A DNA stretch of 64,000 nt from Psilocybe cubensis (taxonomy: Eukaryota), in the NCBI GenBank assembly GCA_017499595.2, contig CM039010.1:1674001-1738000 (forward strand). The letters run 5' to 3'. The notes under the pieces are model-generated. The model saw nothing but the letters and a program-made list of their open reading frames with translations. It did not search any database and was not told the DNA's origin. Below are positions 48,345-57,699 of this stretch, piece after piece. The position numbers and the translations under genes are program-made. Every line of letters starts with the position of its first letter. The stretch's first letter is position 1.

Positions 48345-51300
48345 ATGGCCGCTGCTCTTACTGGTGGAAGCAGTGCCATAAAAATTGGCGATATTGAGCT
48401 TCTCGTCGGCGCCTCAAACTATGACGCCTGGCGTCGTGGAATGACCACGTTTCTACGAACAAACAACCTATGGGGATACGTCGAAGGCAACCCTAGAGCT
48501 CCAAACGCAAGGCATCACGATGCTCAGCAACTTGCTCCCCATGTTCCGCTCGTTGGTGCAACCGAAGCGCAGGAAAACGCTTATAATACGTGGAGTTTTA
48601 ACGACATGAAGGCTCGCTCTCTCATAGAGCATCGCATCTCACCTGTGTCGCTGTCACTTATTCCATATGAAAAGTACAAAACTGCACGAGAAGTCTGGGC
48701 TGCGATCAAGCTGCTGTATGCGCGTCAGGACACAGCCAGCCAATTCCTCATCAAGGATCGCTTACATTCGCTGAAGTTGAAGGATCACAATGATCTCGAC
48801 AACTATATCAGTGAATTCCAGCGTGGGCGAACAAAACTCATCGAGATGGGTGTACCATACACCGAATTCGAGATGGTTCACGGAATTATACGCGGTTTAC
48901 CAAATCACGGCTCTTGGCAGCACTTCCAAATGCTTCTTACGCAGAACATGGAAGACCATATCGCTCGGCAAAGTGCAGCGAACCCGGATCCTCCTGATAC
49001 CCTGCTGACAAGGACAATCTCGCGTCTCACTGTTGAATGCGCACGTTTGGCGTATAAGACTCCGTCCAATCGCTCTAACGGTCCAGGATCCGAGTACGTG
49101 AATCTTGTAAATGAAGCAACTGGCGTCCGCATCCATGACAAGAACCCGGATGGTGTTGTCTGCACTGTTTGTAAACTACGCTCTCACGACGCCGTGCACT
49201 GTTTTGCAAAAGGCGGCGGCATGGAGGGCCAAGGTCCAAGGGGAAAAGGGAAGGAAAAAGCGAAAATGAAAGATGTCGGCACACTGAAAACCGAAGTTGT
49301 TGCTGCAGTTGTGCCTTCCACTTCGACGTCGACATATGTTGAACCTTCGTTCTACCCAAACGACTTCCTCGGCGACTTATCATGCACCACCATTGAAGAA
49401 GTTTCCCCAGACACGCCACCACTTCACGATCTCACTGCCATGGCATCAGCTCTTGCAAATACAATCATTGATTCAGGTACAACTTCGCATCTCATCAAAG
49501 ACCGTGCTTACTTCTGGACTTACGAGCCAGCTGCTGCACGAGACATGGTGACTGCCAATGCTGGTATTCTTCGCACTAGAGCAAGAGGGACCTGCTATAT
49601 GCGCGTCTCCCTTAACGGTCAATCCACTGTTGTTAAGCTAAATGAATGCTTGCACTCACCCGACGCAACACTCAATCTGTTGTCGCTCGGTCGCATCGTT
49701 GCAAGAAACAGCAAAATTGGTTTTGCATCTGACGATGGCGTCTTCACGCTAATCCGCAAAAACCCACATGCCGTTATCTTCAAGAACAATATCATCAACA
49801 ACTTGTTCTTTCTCAATGTGGAGTTCTTACCCCCTTCACCACCGCTTCCTCGGACTCTCGCGCCACATCCCGTCATGCCAGAAGTTGCACTATATGCTAA
49901 GGTCCCTGAAACCCTTGACCTATGGCATCATCGTATGGGTCACATCGGGGAAGCTGCAACAGGTCGTCTAGTGCACTCCGTGCTCGGTGTCTCCTTTCCC
50001 GCAGGAGATAAAATGGAACGGTGCGAACCTTGTATCATCGGAAAACATGCCAGGAGTCCTGCTCCCTCTTCAACGACTCCAAAATCTGACCATCTTCTGG
50101 CAATTGTCTACGTCGACGGCTGTGGTTCCTTTCCTGTGCTGACTCCACACGGAAAGCTGTACATGATCATTTTCATGGATGACTGTTCCAACGCCATCAA
50201 ATGCCACCTGCTCGCTGATAAATCACAGGCCCTGGATGCATACCTGATCACAAAACGCGCTTGGGAGCGTAAGACTGGTAAATCTCTTAAGTTACTTCGC
50301 TTTGATCCAGCTGGAAAATTCACCTCCAAAACCTTCCTCGGGCAACTGGAACTTGACGGCGTCATTGCAGATGTGATTCCTCGTGCCGAGCACTGGAAAA
50401 ACGGCAAAATCGAACGTTGTTTGCGAACGTTACTTCCGCTTTGGTATTGGGGCAAAGCCGCTCTATGCGCTGCGTATCTGTGGAACCTCACTGTTATCTC
50501 TTCTCTGCCCAAAGATGTCACCCCGTTTGAAATATTTCAAGAGCGCAAACCAAACATTTCGTACCTTCGTGTGTGGGGGTGCAGGTGTTTTGCGCATGTG
50601 CCGCTTGATCTTCAATCCAAACTCGGTGCGAAATCTGTGGAATGTCTTTTCATGGGCTATCCACCTTCAGGAAGAGGATACAGAGTTCGTTGTCTGTCAA
50701 CAAACCACTTCTTTGACTCGGGATCGGTGTACTTCAATGAGAACATTCCTTATAAAGCGCGCCTGCAAATTTCAGAAGAAGAAATGGACTACTCTTCTTT
50801 CCCTTTCCCACAAGATGTTCACGACAACGTATCATCTCAACACCTAATCGGCTCTCTATTGTTTCTCCAGATGAACACACGACCCGATATAGCTTACGCC
50901 GTACAACTGCTGTCACAACACTGTTCCAACCCTTTGCCTCATCACTTCATTGCTGCAAAACGCGTGCTTCGTTATCTCAAAGGCACAAAGTCCCTTCGTC
51001 TTCACTATGGCGGTTTTGTTTGGTCGATGGCAGGCGGTCCCATCTCTTGGTCCTCAAAAAAGCAAACCTGCATTGCTTTATCATCCACCGAAGCCGAGTA
51101 TGTCGCTCTCACTCGCTCTGTACAAGAAGGGATCTGGCTCCAACAGGCCTTCAAGCAAATCTTCATTCCATGTCCTTCCCTACTCATCCTATCAACCGAC
51201 AATAACGGCGCAAAATCCCTTGCTGAAAACGACTCAAATCACGGAAAAGCCAAACACATTGACATACGCTACCATTTCATTCATTCTCACGTAGAATCCA

Positions 51301-51419
51301 ATTCTTTTTCTATTTTACATATTCCAGGTATTCTTAATACTGCAGACATTTTCACCAAGCCCCTCGCCCGTGTCGTCTTTCAAGGTCATGTCGACAGACT
51401 CGGGCTCGCAGCTCGCTGA
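48345..51419 (+). CDS. Copia Gag-Pol polyprotein with in-frame deletions (1024 aa)
   Basis: Gag (ASNYDAWR, KTAREVWAAI), CCHC CTVCKLRSHDAVHC, protease IIDSGTTSH, HHCC WHHRMGH..CEPC, integrase D/D/E, LIGSLLFL..TRPDI, RNase H SWSSKKQ..ALSSTEAEY..KHIDIRYHF..ADIFTK; no YVDD RT core. Confidence 0.93.
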   Translation: MAAALTGGSSAIKIGDIELLVGASNYDAWRRGMTTFLRTNNLWGYVEGNPRAPNARHHDAQQLAPHVPLVGATEAQENAYNTWSFNDMKARSLIEHRISPVSLSLIPYEKYKTAREVWAAIKLLYARQDTASQFLIKDRLHSLKLKDHNDLDNYISEFQRGRTKLIEMGVPYTEFEMVHGIIRGLPNHGSWQHFQMLLTQNMEDHIARQSAANPDPPDTLLTRTISRLTVECARLAYKTPSNRSNGPGSEYVNLVNEATGVRIHDKNPDGVVCTVCKLRSHDAVHCFAKGGGMEGQGPRGKGKEKAKMKDVGTLKTEVVAAVVPSTSTSTYVEPSFYPNDFLGDLSCTTIEEVSPDTPPLHDLTAMASALANTIIDSGTTSHLIKDRAYFWTYEPAAARDMVTANAGILRTRARGTCYMRVSLNGQSTVVKLNECLHSPDATLNLLSLGRIVARNSKIGFASDDGVFTLIRKNPHAVIFKNNIINNLFFLNVEFLPPSPPLPRTLAPHPVMPEVALYAKVPETLDLWHHRMGHIGEAATGRLVHSVLGVSFPAGDKMERCEPCIIGKHARSPAPSSTTPKSDHLLAIVYVDGCGSFPVLTPHGKLYMIIFMDDCSNAIKCHLLADKSQALDAYLITKRAWERKTGKSLKLLRFDPAGKFTSKTFLGQLELDGVIADVIPRAEHWKNGKIERCLRTLLPLWYWGKAALCAAYLWNLTVISSLPKDVTPFEIFQERKPNISYLRVWGCRCFAHVPLDLQSKLGAKSVECLFMGYPPSGRGYRVRCLSTNHFFDSGSVYFNENIPYKARLQISEEEMDYSSFPFPQDVHDNVSSQHLIGSLLFLQMNTRPDIAYAVQLLSQHCSNPLPHHFIAAKRVLRYLKGTKSLRLHYGGFVWSMAGGPISWSSKKQTCIALSSTEAEYVALTRSVQEGIWLQQAFKQIFIPCPSLLILSTDNNGAKSLAENDSNHGKAKHIDIRYHFIHSHVESNSFSILHIPGILNTADIFTKPLARVVFQGHVDRLGLAAR

Positions 51420-51426
51420 GGGGGGC
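51418..51426 (+). other. Polypurine tract of copia element
   Basis: GAGGGGGGC directly before the 3' LTR. Confidence 0.8.
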
Positions 51427-51728
51427 TGTTGGAGTTTCTCTTCTCACTTGTGTCACATGTCTTCCTCTTTCTCCACGCGTCAACCTCTGTCCATATTTGC
51501 CACTATTTGTTTCCTCGCCAGTATAGACTTGTCGTTTCTTAATTCTCGCATTCCTCAGTTGTTCACTCACTCGAACACTGAGGTATGTCGGTTTCTGTTC
51601 TCGTATACATAGCCTAGCACTGATTCACACCATTCGCACTTCTATAGATACGTCCTCTATAGGTAGTGTTCTGAATATAGTTGTTCACTCACTCGAACAC
51701 TGAGATACGTCCTCTATAGACTCGAACA
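51427..51728 (+). repeat. 3' LTR of copia element
   Basis: Direct repeat of 47839-48140. Confidence 0.97.
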
Positions 51729-53200
51729 ATCCCACGTGTTTTGCTCGTAGTCGAGTCCTTCCTTCCAAAGGGCGGATTGTAATTCAGGTTTCAATCCGTT
51801 CCACAAACGATCTACGCGTTGCGAAGGAGTAGACTTTCCCACAATGCGGAATAAAATCAATAATTCGGCAGCATACTCAGCCACAGTCATTGATCCTTGA
51901 GAAAACTTCTCGAGTTTCTTTCTTTGTTTCAGTCTGTAATCGGGTGGGAAGCAATAATTATAAAGTTCAGTAAAGAATCGTTGCCTGTCCCAGGAGTCTA
52001 CACTTATGGACACCATTGTAGAGTAGAATTTGTATGCTTTTCCGGCGAGGTAATCAGCACATTTCACTACTTGATCCTGGGGAGGTAATGCAGCCTCTTT
52101 ACAAAATCTGTCACACTGAGTAATGTATTTGTAAAATTTCATAAAGTCTGCGTCGCCATGATACTTATCCGGGGCTGTAGGCGGTAACGGTTTGAATCTC
52201 GCGGGATTTATTATGTGTCCCTCGGTGTCCAACGGTCCCAGTGCTCGGGCGCTTAACTCGGCGTGCTCCTTGCCGCTATTACCTTTCGGGTTGGCCAGAA
52301 GCTGTCCGAGTAAACTTTCCGCGGGTAACTGGTTGCTAGGCTTAATAGCCTCTGTCCGTCTAGCCTGCGTTTGTTGACGCGCCGCTTGTGTGATAAGATC
52401 TTCGACATCATGAGACATGGGAGTGGTGGATATACCGCGTCTCTCAGTTTTCGGTTGAACTTCAATGGATTGATATCGTCTCGTGTATACCTTCTTCATT
52501 TCAGTGAGTTTCCTTTCCATTTCCTGAATTTGTAAGTAATCATTATCAATTGTAATTTCCTGCGATTCTTCGCGACCGTGACTGTTATCGGAGTCCTCTG
52601 GTGCACGGGAAACCTCAAAAATGCTACCATTCATATTAATGGCATTCTCAATTCTACTTAACCTATCCATCAAGGATGTAATGAGTTCCTTAGTTTCAGT
52701 AACAACAGTCTGTGCATCATTCACAGAGCTTCTATAGACACTATTAATCTCAGTGTCTACCATATACCTATTAAAACTATTCAAGCTTAAGCTTCTACGA
52801 GCGCGCCTGGCTGCAGCGGCTGCGCTCCCGGTGTTGTTTGGATTATTCCCGCGGTGGTCATCCCGACCACGCGCGCCGCCTTCCTCCATTCCGGTAGGCA
52901 AGGCTTCCTGCTTGGGGTCGTCACCTCTCGAAGCAGGGGGATCCCGGTCAGACCCCGTGGTTGGCACGTCCCTGGCGGCCGTATGACCCCTCGGTGCTCG
53001 ACCACTCCTCAACGTGGCTCCTCTAGTAGCCATGGTCTGAACTAATAGCAAAGTTAATACACAAAGAAAGTCCGTCACGACGTACCTGGTATCCTCGGGT
53101 GATCAAGCCGAGGGGGAACGCAATGGTAGATGTCGGCGACGGCGAACGCGAGTTAGAGAGAGTAGAGTAGTGCGATGAGAATAGACGAGAGTCAAAAATA

Positions 53201-53459
53201 TGTGACGGGGCGCGTTATTCACACGGGTCCCGGCACACTGTCGAAGCTCAAATGACTGGATAAAGTGGTCTATTCAAGCTCCGTCCTTCTACCTACTCTA
53301 CCTACTGCTTATATACCTTACTGTAGTACATACGTCATAGATAGAATAATGAGAGAAATATCAAATACGAAACTTGTGGAAAGCGATAGAAAACTGTGTC
53401 GCTCCGGCACGTCCATGCCGGATATGCTCGGCATTCCCTATTAGGATGCCGCCGTCACA
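53201..53459 (-). repeat. 5' LTR of gag-only element
   Basis: Direct repeat of 46728-46986; TATATAAG on the minus strand. Confidence 0.96.
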
Positions 53460-53922
53460 CGCGTATGTTTGCGGACTTGAACAACACATCGTCGAGCACC
53501 CATGATCACAGTCTAAAAGTGTCCCTCGACTTAATCAGTCAGAAATCATATTTTTATTTTGGCTTTCAAGGGCCCGCTCAATATGATGAGTTGCCGACAC
53601 TGTTCCATAACCCACGCCCTCATCGTTCCATGTGGCTTCATTCCGTCACGGATCGTCTTAAAGGAGGGAAAGACGTGTTATCACGACGTCCGTGGGTGAA
53701 GGTATACATCGACAACATGACTTTTCAGGCTAGAAATGCTATCGCTCGCTGTTGTTCACATGGCACACAGCCTGACTATTAATGAACTTGCCACGAAATT
53801 GCTCGTCTTGTATTTTTACGGTGTGGGGCTAACGTTTCATCAAGGATAAAAGGAACGTCGAATGGTGTGGTACGACCTGATAGATCGTGTGAGGTCTTTC
53901 TGTGTGTTCTTGGCTGGGAACT

Positions 53923-56900
53923 ATGGTGTCCTTCGAGCTGCGTCGACTAGTGGGCCTCCTCGTTGTAGCTTACCCGCTGCTCACATCGGCCGCTCCCCCT
54001 CCTCCCCCTCCCCCTCCGTCTCCTCCATCTCCCCCATCTCCCCCAGCTCCTCCTCATCCCCCTGCTGCTGCTGACCCATGTGCTAAAATTGCTGGTCTGA
54101 CTTTTGTTCCTCCTGCTGATGCATTGGCATGCTACAAGGCTTTCCCCTTCAACGAAACCCTACGCGACAATGTCATGACTAACATGGAACGGGTGTTTGA
54201 CTTTTTCACCTTTGAAGATTTCTACCTCAACTCTCCTCCACCCTTCCAGGAGTCGACCAACAATATTCGCGCGACGCTAGCCAAGATTGGTTCTACCAAG
54301 TTTGCGGTATGCATCCCTCGGTTCCCTTGTTGTAGAGAAATTTATTCTGACTTTGGAGCGCTCAGACCGACTATGACTTCAACAAGGCACTCTATGATTT
54401 CACTACCCAGTTGAATGATGGACACACGCGTATGTGGTGCTCTGATCATGTCCGTGGCATCTCATCTCATATACCATTTAGGCTATTTCCCGGCATGCTA
54501 CAATGCGTTCCAAAATATCCTCCCCGCACCCGTCGTTAGTCTGGAAGAGGATGGCGTGCAGAATCTTTTTGTTGCCCCAGACTCGGTCGAGTTCATATCT
54601 CTCCTCGGCACAAACTACACTGGCTTCTTTGACAAGATCAACTTTGACTGGAAGCGTCTTGCAGGGGCGAAGATTGTCGAGATTGAGGGCCAGAACCCCT
54701 ATGACTATGTTGATCTCATCGCTCGTACTGTTTCTGGAAATTATCTCGACCATGGTGTGCGTGTAAACTCGGTATTCACCAGCTACCGTATTTCTGGTGG
54801 TGTCTTCGGGCAACGAATTGGAGATCTTGCTGGGCCTCTTGATGTCACCCGTACTTCACTGAACATGAAACTTATTACGGTCAATTCGACGAAAGTAGAG
54901 TCGGTGGAAATCCCTTACCTCGCTGACTTTATCGGTGTCGACTTTACCGACAAAGAATCATTGTAAGTGATTCTTATGATGCTGTCTCTGTGATGCTCAT
55001 ACTATGATTGTATAGCTGGGCAAACAACTGCGCTGCTGACGATTCTACTAATGGTGTCGATGTCCGTGGGCAAGTTTCTAATGGGCCTATCAAAAAGTCC
55101 CTTCGCAAGCAGCCAAAAGCAGATATCATTGACGGGCGCCAAAGTCGTGCTATCAACCTGCCTGACCCATTTTTGCCTACCGCGCCTCCTCTCGACGGAT
55201 CCGATGATGCCATCAAGACGTTTGTTCTTCCAGATGGCAAAACTGGTGTTGTAAGTTATATATCTTTTTGTTGTAACGCTAGGTACAGACAGAGTATATC
55301 TAGATGTTCGTCGGGACGTTCTCTCCCAACGACTTTGACCAATTCCAACTCGACACGGTCTCCAGCGTCAATGCGTTGAAAAAAGCAGGTGTCACGCAGC
55401 TCATCATCGATTTGACGGGCAATGGAGGTACGTCTTCCTCAGTCGACAGCAACATGTTCTAGTATGCTCACCACATACCCAAACGTGGACAGGCGGCTTC
55501 GTGTGTCTCGGTCAGTTCCTGCACCAGTTTTTGGCAGGTTCCCAAATTGGCTACCCGTAAGTCCGCTTCGCCATGAAACCCATATCCATGAGTATTAGGC
55601 TTTTTCCTGATTGACTGACGGTAAATGTTGTATCCTTCTTTTTTGCATGTCCGCGGCATGTTCTGGCATTTCCTGTCAATCAAAATGACAAATATATAGG
55701 GGCTTCGAATCGACGCAACGCGCTAATCCGCTCGCGCAGAAGATCGTCGCTGCGCATGTGGCCCTTGGAAATAACAGTATCCAAGAACTCTTCTATAATC
55801 CTACTCAATGTATGCATTATTTTCGTATCCGGCGGTTTTTTTGGTTGGAGGGCTGACGTTGTGTGGCTTGCAAAGGGGCTTTCTTGAACGACACCATTAT
55901 GCCTGTTACGTTTGACTACAACAACCCTTCGGCTCCGTTTGTGGTGAATGGAAAGAGCGACCCTACGTCTCAGCGGTTCCACGTGAGTCCCTGCCCAAGA
56001 TAAGCGCGTAGACAATGGAGCTGAAATGCGTTTGAATATAGGATACTTGCACCGAATCGTTCTCGCAGGCTATTCCGGAGACTCCGCCGTTCGATCTCAG
56101 GTTCGTGCTCGTATTTTATTCGACTCGATCGTATACTTTGTCTAATCCAGTTTGTTGATACATTGTGCCACATACAGCAAAGTCGCCATTGGTTCGTTTC
56201 GGTTCACATTCTCTTTTACATACACATCTTAATTTTTTAACGCATTTACCGTGACATACACAGTGAGCAACGGGAACTGCGCTTCGACGTGTGCGATGTT
56301 CAGCACGCTCATGTTCGAGCGGCACAACACCAAGATCGCCGTGTTTGGCGGTAAGCCGGGCGAGAATGTCGAGTTCAAGGGTATGGCTGGGAACCAGGTC
56401 CTCGAGTGGGCGGATTTGGACACTGAGATCAAGTCTGTCGGTTTGAAGGATGTGAGTGGCTATTTTTCTATTTCGGCGGATGACTAGAGTTTCTGACGGT
56501 TTATTTTTCTTTTTTCTTTTTCCCGCTTCGCTTGTTGGGTCGCGTTTCGTTTCGTTTCGTTTTTAGGATCCGTTGGCTCCGCCTGACCTGTGAGTTTTGG
56601 TTTTTCTGTTCCCCGTTTCAGGAGAGCTGGGCTGGCTCGGAGTGAATGAGGGACTTACTGACTAAAAATGACTCTTTTCAATCGTGCCGCTTGCACTACA
56701 GGCTTGTCAACTCCAACTTCCGGTACGTCGTGCCCGTTAAAATACGCTTTTTTCGGGATTTATTGAATGCTGAAATATTTTTTTGGTTTTGTTTTGGGTA
56801 GTCATAACTGGCGCACGGGTAAGCTGCGCCGCCTTTGTTCGTTCTTGTCGGATGAAATTTGTTGATCTTGGATCTTGTGGAATGTTTTAGCTTGGAGTTT

Positions 56901-57383
56901 CCTTGATGAGACCAGGCCGATTGGTATGTGCAAATTTTTACATCGTGTGTGCTTGGGTTGGCCAGGGCTGACGCGATGAAATGTAGCTTATGTATCGGAG
57001 CTCCCGTTGTGTACGTACCTTGACTTTACGTTTTTGCGTCTTTTTTCCGGTCTGTATTGGCTTGCTGACTATGTATGGTGGTCTCTATGCAGTGCGCTTC
57101 CCGTACACGAAGGACACGTACAATAACCCGCAGAATCTCTGGACATTTGCGTAAGTTCCTCCTCTTCCTCTTCCTCCTCCTCCTTCTTTTCTCTCTCTCT
57201 TGTTTTTCTCTTTTTTGTTCTTTTCCTCGTTTGTTTCAGTTCCTTCTGATTACAATATTCCGATATTGGAATCGGAGTTTCATGCGGCACCCTTACACCA
57301 AGCGTTGGCGGGATACCATTCATTTTACTAATATTCCTTTTATCGCGTTATTTTCTTACAGGGCAACCAAGCTCTTCACGTAG
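53923..57383 (+). CDS. Secreted peptidase S41-family (tail-specific protease-like) protein
   Basis: Signal peptide followed by a poly-Pro linker; LNDGHT, IIDLTGNGG|GFVC and VSNGNCASTCAMF motifs; many small exons ending AATKLFT* at 57381-57383. Confidence 0.88.
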
Positions 57384-57699
57384 GAGCTGCGTAAGCTCAA
57401 TCACTGGTACCCAATTCGAGCTGGTTCGTGGATGTGGTTAGTAAACCATGGAATTTTGGAATTTGGGTCGGAATTGTGTATTTTTGGAATAGGGGGTGGG
57501 TGTGCCAGGGAAGGAGAACGGCGCGTGACCGCGATGTGTAAATTATGCGACGCCCCTAAGCGCGTCTTGGTTCTCGGCAGCTCGTACTTGTGTGTTGGAG
57601 ACTGTTGGAGAGTTCTGATGCGGTGTGGGGGCGGGGAGGGCGGGGACAAAAAAATGAAATGTGGGTTGTATGTATTGATAATTTGATATACGTATTGGA

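Larger units (their letters stand above)
47839..51728 (+). mobile_element. Ty1/copia LTR retrotransposon, internally deleted (non-autonomous), 3890 bp
   Basis: 302-bp LTRs at 47839-48140 and 51427-51728; TSD ATCCC at 47834-47838 and 51729-51733; PBS and PPT present; Gag-PR-IN-(RT)-RH order. Confidence 0.97.
46982..53033 (-). pseudogene. Gag ORF (718 aa when reconstituted) disrupted by the copia insertion
   Basis: 53033-51729 (PDKYHGDAD, LAGKAYKFY, FSQGSMTVAEY, LWNGLKPELQ) continues in frame at 47833-46982 (zinc knuckle CYRCGKTGHIGRHC, acidic tail) after removing the insert and one TSD; no PR/RT/IN. Confidence 0.88.
46728..53459 (-). mobile_element. Gag-only non-autonomous LTR retrotransposon (Ty3/gypsy-like Gag), interrupted by a copia insertion
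   Basis: 259-bp LTRs at 46728-46986 and 53201-53459 (TG...CA, no differences seen); 5-bp TSD CGCGT at 46723-46727 and 53460-53464; ~2.8 kb once the insert is removed. Confidence 0.95.
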
